A DNA stretch of 64,000 nt. Origin: Nitrospirota bacterium. Its GTDB lineage: Bacteria; Nitrospirota; UBA9217. Numbering within the stretch: the stretch's first letter is position 1; each line of letters opens with the position of its first letter. This document shows, piece by piece, positions 1-9,493 of the stretch. The stretch lies in contig CAWJQQ010000001.1 of assembly GCA_963845065.1 (NCBI GenBank), positions 896,001-960,000 of the forward strand, written 5' to 3'. A program made the position numbers and the translations under genes. The notes beneath the pieces were generated by a model. The model ran no database searches and was not told the origin of the DNA. It was given only the letters and a program-made list of their open reading frames with translations.

Positions 1-2
1 TT

Positions 3-626
3 ACGGCGTTCAAACAATACTATGCAGAAGAGGCCGAAACTTGGGAGCTTCAAACCCTGCTTCAGGCGAGATGCGTGGCAGGTGACCGTATTGCGGGTGC
101 TGAGTGCACGATGGCTATCCAGGATCTAATATACCAGAAGCGGGACCACGCGGCGCTTGCGCGCGACGTCTTTATGATGAGGAAACGGATGGAGGAAGAA
201 ATTGGCAGGGAAAGCTCGGCTGTTTACAATATCAAGCAAGGCGCAGGAGGAATTGTTGACATCGAATTCCTTGTCCAATACCTTCAGCTCCTATACGGGC
301 ATGAGCACGCATTGCTACGAGTTCCCGGCACATATAATGCGCTTCGCGTTCTTCATAAAAGGAAACTCATTGAGGATGGTACCTTCGATATCTTGAGACG
401 GGCGTATCTGTTCATGCGTCAGCTTGAAAGCAGGATGCGGATCATATCGAACCAGGCCACGAGCGAGTTGAGCAGGAATCCCGAAAACCTATATTTACTT
501 GCACGCCGCATGGGATATACAGACTCGGACAGCTCAGCCGGGCAGGAACTTCTTTCAGACTATGAACAGCTCAGTCTCAAGGTGAGGGAAATATATGACA
601 AGATCCTTCACACGGAAGCCGGATGA
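3..626 (+). CDS. glnE: Glutamine synthetase adenylyltransferase, C-terminal part (5' end outside window)
   Basis: Frame open from nt 3: AFKQYYAEEAETWELQTLLQARCVAGD, then NIKQGAGGIVDIEFLVQYLQL and LRRAYLFMRQLESRMR, typical GlnE motifs. Confidence 0.9.
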   Translation, partial: TAFKQYYAEEAETWELQTLLQARCVAGDRIAGAECTMAIQDLIYQKRDHAALARDVFMMRKRMEEEIGRESSAVYNIKQGAGGIVDIEFLVQYLQLLYGHEHALLRVPGTYNALRVLHKRKLIEDGTFDILRRAYLFMRQLESRMRIISNQATSELSRNPENLYLLARRMGYTDSDSSAGQELLSDYEQLSLKVREIYDKILHTEAG

Positions 627-849
627 ATTTGCAATTTTTCTAGTAAAGAAAAGTCATTGCGACTAACAAAGTCGTGATTCCTGATTCTAGGAAGTGATTA
701 CGTTTCAGCGGCCTTTGACCAAGGTAAGTAGCCTTTATCACCTTCTACCTTCTCGCTCGCATAGCCTTTTTAGTTCATCTGGCAAGGCGATCGCCGAAAG
801 GTATGTATAACTCAAAGAATGACCCCGAGCGAAGCGGTTTAAAATTTTC

Positions 850-877
850 TTGACAAAATGGCTCAATGGAATATACT
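850..877 (+). promoter_or_regulatory. Sigma70-type promoter upstream of the Ehr relic/operon
   Basis: TTGACA-N16-TATACT. Confidence 0.55.
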
Positions 878-938
878 ACCGCTTCGTTACGCGGTTTACC
901 TGTAAAAACTGATTTTTGACAGAGCGAGATTTTTTTAG

Positions 939-1367
939 ATGGAAACGAAACAGTATCTTCTTTCAGGTATTATATTCTTCGTAATAAGCGCAGGAACCGC
1001 ACTCGTACCAGCAAAAAAAATCAGAACAACGGCCTCTCTTATCTCCCTGCTCGGCTCTCTCAGCTTTTTCTTCCTCGGTTTTTACCTTATCGCTGTTGCT
1101 CCGATAGCATTTTATGTTACGTACGTAACATCTGTTTTCGAGTTTGCTCTGCGCGGTGATGCACTGTCTGGTTTCTTTGTTATCATTATATCCCTATTTT
1201 ACTGGGTGATGGCGGACAAAGAAGGAAAACCAATTCACGTAAAGCCCTGTTCACCTTCGTACTGCAACTGCCCAGTGGTTCTTTTTGCAGTGCATGGGTA
1301 TATCGTGTCGGATCTTTTGTTTTACAACAGAGTTTTAGTTTGCCCTACTCCGGGATGGACATGTTAG
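939..1367 (+). pseudogene. Chimeric relic: HyfB-like N-terminus fused to the C-terminus of an Ehr/HycE-like large subunit
   Basis: Hydrophobic N-term ending DALSGFFVIIIS (HyfB here has DLLSGFFLTVIG), then YWVMADKEGK..SPSYCN..VHGYIVSD and, after a frameshift, SFSLPYSGMDM, aligning to the end of the 7765-9336 protein. Confidence 0.75.
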
Positions 1368-1570
1368 CTAGCATAGCAATACGACGATAAAAATCAAAAA
1401 AAAAGGTGTAGTTACATTGACAAATCGTTGCAAAATTCAATGATGAATAACGAATTGCAAAAAGGCTGAGATAGGAAACATAAACTCTGACAGCCACCGT
1501 CGGCCGGAACGAGTCATATTTATCCCGTTTCTAAGGTTATGTCCTTTAACGGCAGGTTCTTGGAGGATCC

Positions 1571-2099
1571 GTGTTTAAGGAAATTCTAGGAAATATCGTT
1601 ATCAGAAAGAAAGTCATCCCGCTTCCAGAGACGTTCAATGTGACCCAGGGGCAGGCGTCAAAGATTGTTGACTTTCAAAAAAAGATTGATACAATCCTCG
1701 GTAGGTCGCTTTGCATCAAACAAATAGATACAGGATCATACAACGCTTGTGGATGGGAGTGCACTGCGCTCACTAACCCTGTGTACGACACCCAGCGGTC
1801 CAGTATCAATTATGTAGCTTCAACGCAACATGCAGTTGCCCTGCTCGTTTCCGGTCACGTATCCCGCCAGATGGCACTCGCTCTCAAGTGGACATTTATA
1901 GCGACGCTTTCGCCGAGGCTCGTTGTGGCTTGCGGCAATTGTGCGCAAGAAGGCGGCATATATATATAAGGATAGCTATGCGGTCACGAATGGCGTAACA
2001 AATATTATTCCCGTGGAGTGCTACATCCCTGGATGCCCTCCGAAGCCGGTATCGATTTTATTGGGACTTTACCGTCTCATCAATCTGTGCGTGAAATGA
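1571..2099 (+). pseudogene. Degenerate Ehr/HycG (NuoB-like) small subunit
   Basis: GRSLCIKQIDTGSYNACGWE (first Cys lost), LLVSGHV, VACGNCA; frameshift in the (AT)5 tract at 1958-1967, then KDSYA..IPVECYIPGCPP to TGA 2097-2099. Confidence 0.85.
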
Positions 2100-2183
2100 A
2101 CGGGAACGGTGTTTTCAACGATATGAGTAAAAAAACTGATTTATTCCAGGTCAAGATTCAGGGATACGCAGGGAGGTAGGGCA

Positions 2184-4229
2184 ATGGATCTTTCACCTAT
2201 CAGCATCATATCCGCATCTTTCGCGGTGCTTATTCTCCTGCTGGTGCTGACGCCGATTCTTCGAATGAGCCAGCATCTCCTTATCACGATCGGGTTTTCC
2301 CTCACGAGCTTCGCATCGCTCCTTACTGTGAGCGCAGGGGTCTGGACGGTCGCCAGTACGGCCACATACCAGGTCATTCTTCCCATTGGCTTACCTGATC
2401 TTCCTTTTCATCTCAGGCTCGATCTGCTGTCCGGTTTTTTCCTAACAGTTATAGGTCTGCTCTCTTTTTTTGTATCTCTTTACTCACTAGGGTACGTGAA
2501 AGGCTTTCTGGGGCGCCGCTCGGTAACGAAACTTGTGGTCTTCTATACTCTTTTTCTCGCAGGTATGAATCTTGTGGTCCTTGCCGATGACGCATTTTTT
2601 TTTATGATTGCCTGGGAGATGATGGCAGCGGCATCGTACTTTCTCGTACTCTTCGAGGATGAACAGATAGAGAACAGAAGGGCAGCATTCCTCTATCTTG
2701 TTGTTGCCCACGTGGGTGCCATCGCCATACTCTTGTCATTCGGTATCATGGCAGGGCTCGCGACGGGGTTTTCGGGTTTTCAAAGTTATACCTTTGACGC
2801 TATGCGAAAGACGGAACTTCCAGCCGGACTGGCGACCGCTGCCTTTCTCCTAGCTTTCTTCGGGTTTGCCGCCAAAGCAGGTGTGGTCCCGCTGCACATC
2901 TGGCTGCCCGAGGCCCATCCTGTGGCGCCGTCTAATGTCTCGGCTCTCATGAGCGGCGTGATGCTCAAAACTGCGATTTACGGCATCATTCGCGTCGTCT
3001 TTGACCTGATCGGCAATTTCCCGTGGTGGTGGGGCACTCTTGTGCTGGTCTTCGGTTTGGTGTCGGCTGTCATGGGTGTCCTGTATGCTCTGATGCAGCA
3101 TGACTTGAAACGGCTGCTCGCGTACCATTCCGTTGAAAACATCGGCATCATCCTCATCGGAATCGGACTAGCGATGATCTTCAAATCATTCGACATGTCT
3201 CTCCTGGCGGCACTGGCCCTTATAGCCGGTTTGTATCATACGCTAAACCACGCGATATTCAAGGGTCTCCTCTTTATGGGCGCAGGCGCAGTGCTCCATG
3301 CAACACATGAACGCAACATGGAGGAGATGGGCGGCCTCATCAGGTTCATGCCCTGGACAGCTGTACTGTTTCTCATCGGATGCGTTTCGATCTCCGCGCT
3401 CCCACCATTTAACGGATTCGTGTCGGAATGGCTGACCTATCAGGCGTTCCTCCTCTCTCCCGCACTCCCAAGCCCGCTCCTGAACCTGCTAATCCCACTG
3501 GGCGCAGCACTCCTAGCCTTGACAAGCGCGTTGGCGGCGGCATGCTTTGTGAAGGCCTTTGGCGTCACCTTTCTGGGACAACCGCGCGGACACTACCACG
3601 GACATATCCATGAGGCAGGTTGGTCCATGAGGATTGGTATGCTGCTCGCAGCACTCACGTGCCTGGGGCTCGGCGTTCTGCCTACATACATTATTAAATG
3701 GATGGACCCCATCGTCAAAGAGCTGGTCGGCGGTACGATCGCCGCGTCCGCTTCGGGCATCGGCTGGATGTGGCTTACGCCAATTGCGGCGGAACGAGCC
3801 TCCTACGCGGCGCCGATCGCATTCCTAGGCATTTTGTCCGTTGTGATAGTGACCTACCTACTGCTCCATACGCGTCCAGGCGCTATCCATCGTGTGCCGC
3901 TCTGGGACTGCGGGTTTGAAAAGGTCACATCCCGGATGCAGTATACGGCCACATCGTTTTCCATGCCCTTGCGCCGAATTTTCGGTTTTCTGTTTGACAT
4001 CAAGGAACATGTACGACATCTCCCTCCGGAAACGCATCCTGCCTTCCCTGAACGGATGCACTACCATCTGCGTGTTGGCGACCGTTTCTGGATGTTGTTA
4101 TACCAGCCCATCGTGGACGCCAGCTTCTGGATATCGCGAAGGATCGGACGCATGCAACACGGCCGTATTCAAATTTACCTTATTTACTCCTTCGTGACGA
4201 TTCTGGTGCTTTTGATATTTTCAAAATGA
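2184..4229 (+). CDS. hyfB: Hydrogenase-4 component B-like proton-translocating membrane subunit
   Basis: PLHIWLPEAHPVAPSNVSALMSG, HDLKRLLAYHSVENIG, LPPFNGFVSEW, WDCG, RMQYTA. Confidence 0.93.
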   Translation: MDLSPISIISASFAVLILLLVLTPILRMSQHLLITIGFSLTSFASLLTVSAGVWTVASTATYQVILPIGLPDLPFHLRLDLLSGFFLTVIGLLSFFVSLYSLGYVKGFLGRRSVTKLVVFYTLFLAGMNLVVLADDAFFFMIAWEMMAAASYFLVLFEDEQIENRRAAFLYLVVAHVGAIAILLSFGIMAGLATGFSGFQSYTFDAMRKTELPAGLATAAFLLAFFGFAAKAGVVPLHIWLPEAHPVAPSNVSALMSGVMLKTAIYGIIRVVFDLIGNFPWWWGTLVLVFGLVSAVMGVLYALMQHDLKRLLAYHSVENIGIILIGIGLAMIFKSFDMSLLAALALIAGLYHTLNHAIFKGLLFMGAGAVLHATHERNMEEMGGLIRFMPWTAVLFLIGCVSISALPPFNGFVSEWLTYQAFLLSPALPSPLLNLLIPLGAALLALTSALAAACFVKAFGVTFLGQPRGHYHGHIHEAGWSMRIGMLLAALTCLGLGVLPTYIIKWMDPIVKELVGGTIAASASGIGWMWLTPIAAERASYAAPIAFLGILSVVIVTYLLLHTRPGAIHRVPLWDCGFEKVTSRMQYTATSFSMPLRRIFGFLFDIKEHVRHLPPETHPAFPERMHYHLRVGDRFWMLLYQPIVDASFWISRRIGRMQHGRIQIYLIYSFVTILVLLIFSK

Positions 4230-4386
4230 GCAAAAATAATTATTATCAAGAAGACACCAGGAGTGCGTTGAACTTTTAACAATGAGCATCGATGGTTCAT
4301 CAAAAGAAAATATTTCTGCTTCTTAGTAAACAATTTTGAGTGACCAGCTTCTTCTCTAGTTATGAATTTGTACCAAGGAGTTTTCA

Positions 4387-5331
4387 TTGAACATTAATCC
4401 CTTATCCGTTGAAGTTCTTCAGATCGCCGTGCTTCTCGTTGTCGCCCCGCTCTTCGTGGGCTGGGTAAAAATGGTGAAATGCTGGTTTCAGGGTAGGACC
4501 TCGCCGAGCCTTTTTCAGCCGTACAGAGACATCAGGAAGCTTCTGGTCAAGGACGTTACTCTTGCCGAGAACGCGTCGTGGATATTCCGGTTTACACCGT
4601 ATCTAGTCTTCGGCGTCTCGGTCATGGCGGGCGGCATCATTCCCATCCTGTCCATAGATCTACCGCTGTCCGCTACGGCCGATGTCATCGCCCTCGTAGC
4701 GCTCTTTGCCATCGCGCGTTTTTTTACAGCGTTGGCAGCCATGGACATCGGCACAGCGTTTGGCGGCATGGGGGCGAGCCGTGAAATGACCATTGCGTCT
4801 CTTGCTGAGCCTGCAATGCTGATGGCCGTCTTTGCCGTTTCCTTGGTAAGTAAATCAACGTCCCTTTCGCAGATGGCCTTTGTTATTGCCCAAGGGCATT
4901 CACTGCTCCGACCATCAATGGTCTTCGCGCTCCTGGCGTTTATTCTCATTGCATTGGCTGAGACGGGGAGGGTGCCAGTGGATAACCCGGCCACTCATCT
5001 CGAACTTACTATGATTCACGAGGCTATGATCCTGGAATATTCCGGCAGGCACCTTGCCCTCATCGAATGGGCCAGCATGATGAAACTCTTTCTCTTTACA
5101 ACCCTGGGTATCGCGTCATTTTTCCCCTGGGGAATCGCAAAGTCCGATGACATGACTCAGGTATTTTTGGCTTTGCTTGTCCTGCTGTTTAAGCTCGGGA
5201 TCGTCGGCACGGGACTAGTATTGATCGAGACCGGTCTCGCGAAAATGCGGATTTTTCGTATTACTGAGTTCCTTGGGACCGCGTTTCTCTTTGCGACGCT
5301 CGGGATGCTGTCGTATTTTATGCTGGAATGA
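4387..5331 (+). CDS. hyfC: HyfC/HycD (NuoH-like) membrane subunit
   Basis: QPYRDIRKL, FGGMGASRE, AETGRVPVDNPATHLELTMIHEAMILEYSG; TTG start with AGGAG RBS. Confidence 0.92.
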   Translation: MNINPLSVEVLQIAVLLVVAPLFVGWVKMVKCWFQGRTSPSLFQPYRDIRKLLVKDVTLAENASWIFRFTPYLVFGVSVMAGGIIPILSIDLPLSATADVIALVALFAIARFFTALAAMDIGTAFGGMGASREMTIASLAEPAMLMAVFAVSLVSKSTSLSQMAFVIAQGHSLLRPSMVFALLAFILIALAETGRVPVDNPATHLELTMIHEAMILEYSGRHLALIEWASMMKLFLFTTLGIASFFPWGIAKSDDMTQVFLALLVLLFKLGIVGTGLVLIETGLAKMRIFRITEFLGTAFLFATLGMLSYFMLE

Positions 5332-5528
5332 TAAAGTTATATTGGCTTAAGAGATGCAGACCAATTGAGACGAATAAAAATTAGAAAAATATTTTGTAGC
5401 TCGACACTTTTTTATCTCGAATGAAAAAATCAAGATTGCTCGAAATTATTATTGACCTTGATCATGTATCCTACATGATCCGGGTTTAGCAGTGACTTAT
5501 ACGTATTACATAGTAATCGAGGCTTCCT

Positions 5529-6194
5529 ATGAACCTGCAGCTTGCTTCACAAATCAACAGTCTTCTCGCTGCCCTGATCCTCCTCACTGCGTTTGCGCTT
5601 GTTGTTCAGCGTAGAATGAATGCACTGTTGCATCTGTTTGCATGGCAGGGGTTCTTGCTTGCCGTGAGTACCGCTATTGTCGGCTATGTCGGTGGAGCCC
5701 ATGATCTATATATCTCATCCATCCTGACACTTTCCATGAAAGTAATTCTTCTGCCGTACATATTGCATAAGCTCATTGTAAAATTAAAGATCCACAGAGA
5801 AGTTGAAACGATCGTGAACATCCCTGCTACCATGTTGATGGGCATTGTTCTGGTGATTTTTTCTTATCATCTTACAGCTCCCATTAGGGAGCTTTCGACG
5901 CTCGTAACTCGCTCTACGTTGGCAGTGGCCCTGGCCACGGTCATGCTCGGCTTTCTCATGATGATTACTCGCAAACATGCCGTCACCCAAATCATTGGAT
6001 TCCTTGCCATGGAGAACGGCCTTCTGTTTGCAGCAACAAGCGCGACGTACGGCATGCCACTCGTGGTAGAGCTCGGCGTGGCATTAGACCTGTTGATCGC
6101 GGCGTTCATATTCGGTATGTTTTTCTTCCATATCAGAACTACCTTCGACAGCCTCGATGTGGACCAAATGGCGAGACTGAAAGAAGAGGATTAA
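5529..6194 (+). CDS. hyfE: Hydrogenase-4 membrane subunit E-like
   Basis: QIIGFLAMENG, GMPLVVELGVALD. Confidence 0.9.
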   Translation: MNLQLASQINSLLAALILLTAFALVVQRRMNALLHLFAWQGFLLAVSTAIVGYVGGAHDLYISSILTLSMKVILLPYILHKLIVKLKIHREVETIVNIPATMLMGIVLVIFSYHLTAPIRELSTLVTRSTLAVALATVMLGFLMMITRKHAVTQIIGFLAMENGLLFAATSATYGMPLVVELGVALDLLIAAFIFGMFFFHIRTTFDSLDVDQMARLKEED

Positions 6195-6319
6195 GAAAAT
6201 GATTGTCCCAGCAAGGATGCAAAGGCTATCAAGAATGACTAAGGAATTGAAATTGTCTGATTTCACATTTGCGTACTCTTCACCTGTTCGAGAAAAATAA
6301 ACCAATTGATGAGGTCCAA

Positions 6320-7768
6320 ATGGAGTTGCTCATTCTTTTAGGGATCCCCGTAGTTTCGTCCTTGGCGTTGGCCTTCATCGGCGACCGGAAATTTGCGCCC
6401 GAAGTGAACATTCTCGGCTCATCCGCGACCTTTATTGCCGGCGTCAAACTCGCGCTCGAGGTTTACGAGCGAGGGCCGATCCTTGCAGGAAACGATTTCT
6501 TTTTCGTTGATGCATTCAGCGTCTACCTGACGGTCCTCACTGCATTCGTTTCCATGACTACTGCAATTTTTAGCAGAAGGTACATGAGGCGTGAACTCGA
6601 GCACGGCACCTTGGGCCACAAGAAAATACGCTTTTACCACTCCATGTTTCAGCTCTTTATCTTCGCCATGCTGCTCTGCCTGCTCACAAATAACGTGGGC
6701 ATTCTTTGGATCGCCATGGAGCTGGCGACGCTGTCTACAGTGCTGCTCGTTTCACTCTATCGCACACCTGCAGCTATTGAAGCGGCATGGAAGTATTTTA
6801 TCCTCTGCGGCGTAGGCATCGCGCTAGCGCTTTTCGGTACGGTGCTCCTGTACTTTGCTGCGGAAAAGGTGCTTGGTGAAGGCGGCGCGGCATTACATTG
6901 GACAAATCTCTCCAAGGTAAGCGATCAGCTAGAGCCTACTATTCTGTCCTTGGCCTTCGTGTTTCTCATGGTAGGATATGGTACAAAGGTGGGCCTCGTG
7001 CCGCTTCATAACTGGCTCCCGGATGCGCACAGCGAAGGCCCTACTCCGATATCCGCAGTACTTTCGGGACTTCTGTTGAATATTGCCCTATACGCTCTCG
7101 TGCGGTGCAAGGTCCTTGTGGATGGCTCTACAGGGTCACACCATTCGGGTTATATCATGATGGGTTTCGGTATCATCTCTATAATCGTCGCTTCTTTCTC
7201 GCTCCTGCGGCAGAAAGATATTAAGCGGCTCTTCGCATATTCGTCCATCGAGCATATGGGAATCGCCACCTTTGCCTTCGGTTTGGGCGGACCGTTAGCC
7301 ACTTTCGGCGCTCTTTTGCATATGCTGGTCCATAGTCTGACCAAGTCCTCCATATTTTTTACCGTGGGCCATGCTTCACAGATGCACCGGACGCAAGAGA
7401 TGGATAGGATCAAGGGGCTAATCCGCGGCAACCCCCTCGTGGGATGGGGTCTGGCGCTCGGGGTCATGGCAATCGCAGGCATGCCTCCTTTCGGCGTATT
7501 CACGAGTGAATTCCTGATACTTACAGCAACGATAAAGGATGCACCGTGGTTTGCGCCCTTTCTCCTGCTTGGCCTGGGTGTTTCATTTGCCGCCTTGTTT
7601 AGGAGGATGCAACCTATGGTATCGGGAGAGCTGCCGCCCTATCAGCACCGCTTGAAGGCGGCGCATATTCCGGTAATTCTCCATTTGATGATTGTACTCG
7701 TCCTCGGTCTGTACATCCCGAAATTTCTGGCCGGGTGGTTCCAGACAGCAGTGGGGCTATTAAAATGA
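6320..7768 (+). CDS. hyfF: Hydrogenase-4 subunit F-like antiporter-type subunit
   Basis: EAAWKYFILCGVG, GYGTKVGLVPLHNWLPDAHSEGPTP, KRLFAYSSIEHMG; ATG 6320 after GAGG. Confidence 0.92.
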   Translation: MELLILLGIPVVSSLALAFIGDRKFAPEVNILGSSATFIAGVKLALEVYERGPILAGNDFFFVDAFSVYLTVLTAFVSMTTAIFSRRYMRRELEHGTLGHKKIRFYHSMFQLFIFAMLLCLLTNNVGILWIAMELATLSTVLLVSLYRTPAAIEAAWKYFILCGVGIALALFGTVLLYFAAEKVLGEGGAALHWTNLSKVSDQLEPTILSLAFVFLMVGYGTKVGLVPLHNWLPDAHSEGPTPISAVLSGLLLNIALYALVRCKVLVDGSTGSHHSGYIMMGFGIISIIVASFSLLRQKDIKRLFAYSSIEHMGIATFAFGLGGPLATFGALLHMLVHSLTKSSIFFTVGHASQMHRTQEMDRIKGLIRGNPLVGWGLALGVMAIAGMPPFGVFTSEFLILTATIKDAPWFAPFLLLGLGVSFAALFRRMQPMVSGELPPYQHRLKAAHIPVILHLMIVLVLGLYIPKFLAGWFQTAVGLLK

Positions 7769-9336
7769 ACAGAATGGAACAAATAGTTAGGGTGGCCCTC
7801 GGCCCCGATGTTACTCGGGATGATTCCCTGTTTCCAGTGTCGATGCCGATGCTGGTTGTCCCGCGGGTGCGGTTTGCCGAAGTTGCCAAGGCGTTAAAGA
7901 AGGAATACGCGCTGCTCGCCGCAGAGTGGGCGACGGATGAAACTCACTTCGAAATAGGTTTTGGGATCTACGCCTGCTTTCGGCAAGAAATGGAGTATCT
8001 TATTGTAAAAACGTACGTCCCGTCAAATGATCCGACCTTTCCCAGCCTTACGAAACAATTCATACCCGCCTACCGGTTTGAGCGGCAAATGAAAAGTCTC
8101 ATGGGAGTGACCCCTGTTGGCAATCCCGACACTCGCCCCTGGATCAAACATGAAGATTGGCCGGAAGATGCCTGGCCGCTCAGGAAGTCCTTTGATCCGT
8201 CAAAGCCCATGCCCAGAGTATTTGGCGAATATCGGTGGATTCGGGCTGAAGGCGAAGGAGTCTACGAAGTTCCCGTGGGGCCTGTGCATGCAGGCATCAT
8301 CGAGCCCGGACATTTCCGTTTTCAGGCTCTGGGAGAAGACATCATCAACCTGGAAGAGAAACTGGGTTATGTGCATAAGGGAATCGAGAAGCGGTTCGAG
8401 TCCATGTCCTGGAAGGAAGGCTCGCGCTTAGCAGGCAGGGTGTCCGGAGACACGACGGTCGCCCATTGCTTGGCCTATTGTCGTGCAGTGGAAGAGATCA
8501 GCCAGTGTAAGCCTCCCGACCGAGCGCTCTGGCTCCGGGCGCTCTTCCTCGAGCGGGAACGGATAGTGAACCACTTAGGCGATCTGGGCGCTATCTGTAA
8601 TGATGTCGCATTTGCGTTCCTGTTGTATCAATTCCACAGGCTTAAAGAAATGCTGATCCGGACGAACTTGAAGCTTTTCGGCCACCGGTTCCTGATGGAC
8701 AGGATCGTGCTTGGCGGGACGACGGTTGACATAGATGTAGAAGGTGTGATAACGATCCGTACCGAATTGGACTGGCTGGCAAAAGAGTTTGAGAGGCTCG
8801 TGGTCATCTATGATGAAAATCCTTCTGTCGAGGACCGGGTGCGGGATACGGGCATCCTGAGCCCGGAGAATGCGAGAAACCTCGGTATGGTAGGGTTCGT
8901 GGCTAGGGCGAGCGGTCTGAATCTCGACTGTCGGATTCATCAGCCCTTTCCGCCCTATGACCGCATAAGTGTGAACGCGACGGTACTGATCTCAGGTGAT
9001 GTCCATGCTAGGGCATGGGTCAGGGTGGAGGAAATCAGGGATTCCATCCGGATTATCCGACAGATACTGGACACGCTGCCCGATGGAGCTTTCGCTGCAC
9101 CGATAGAAGTACCGATGCCGAACAAGTCCGGATTTGCAGTCGTTGAAGGATGGCGCGGAGAAATTCTCTACTGGGTCCAGTCAGATAAAAAAGGGGAGAT
9201 AAACCGATGCATGGTCCGGGACCCGTCTAGCCTGAACTGGTTGGGGCTGGAACAATGCATTCATGGCAACATTGTTCCCGATTTCCCGGTGTGCAACAAG
9301 AGCTTTAACCAGTCTTATTCCGGGAACGATTTATGA
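7765..9336 (+). CDS. Ehr large subunit (NuoC+NuoD/HycE-like) lacking the NiFe-binding CxxC motifs
   Basis: PVGPVHAGIIEPGHFRF, VEGWRGEI; RVSGDTTVAH where RxCGxC is expected; ends NKSFNQSYSGNDL instead of DPCxxC; ATGA overlap with the hyfF stop. Confidence 0.9.
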   Translation: MNRMEQIVRVALGPDVTRDDSLFPVSMPMLVVPRVRFAEVAKALKKEYALLAAEWATDETHFEIGFGIYACFRQEMEYLIVKTYVPSNDPTFPSLTKQFIPAYRFERQMKSLMGVTPVGNPDTRPWIKHEDWPEDAWPLRKSFDPSKPMPRVFGEYRWIRAEGEGVYEVPVGPVHAGIIEPGHFRFQALGEDIINLEEKLGYVHKGIEKRFESMSWKEGSRLAGRVSGDTTVAHCLAYCRAVEEISQCKPPDRALWLRALFLERERIVNHLGDLGAICNDVAFAFLLYQFHRLKEMLIRTNLKLFGHRFLMDRIVLGGTTVDIDVEGVITIRTELDWLAKEFERLVVIYDENPSVEDRVRDTGILSPENARNLGMVGFVARASGLNLDCRIHQPFPPYDRISVNATVLISGDVHARAWVRVEEIRDSIRIIRQILDTLPDGAFAAPIEVPMPNKSGFAVVEGWRGEILYWVQSDKKGEINRCMVRDPSSLNWLGLEQCIHGNIVPDFPVCNKSFNQSYSGNDL

Positions 9337-9493
9337 AATCAACTTATCCCGGATGGTCAGAGGTTCGCACGGAGCAAAAGGTAATTTTTCATGCCTGAAT
9401 CCTCGCAAAAGGTTAGGATTGTAATAAAATATCGAAGTACTGTCGCCTATTAGCAATAGCGAATTTTGCATCATCAGCGAGACAGAAATTAAT

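Noticed and set aside
7765..9336. Annotation as a NiFe hydrogenase large subunit
   Set aside because: Both Ni-binding CxxC motifs are absent
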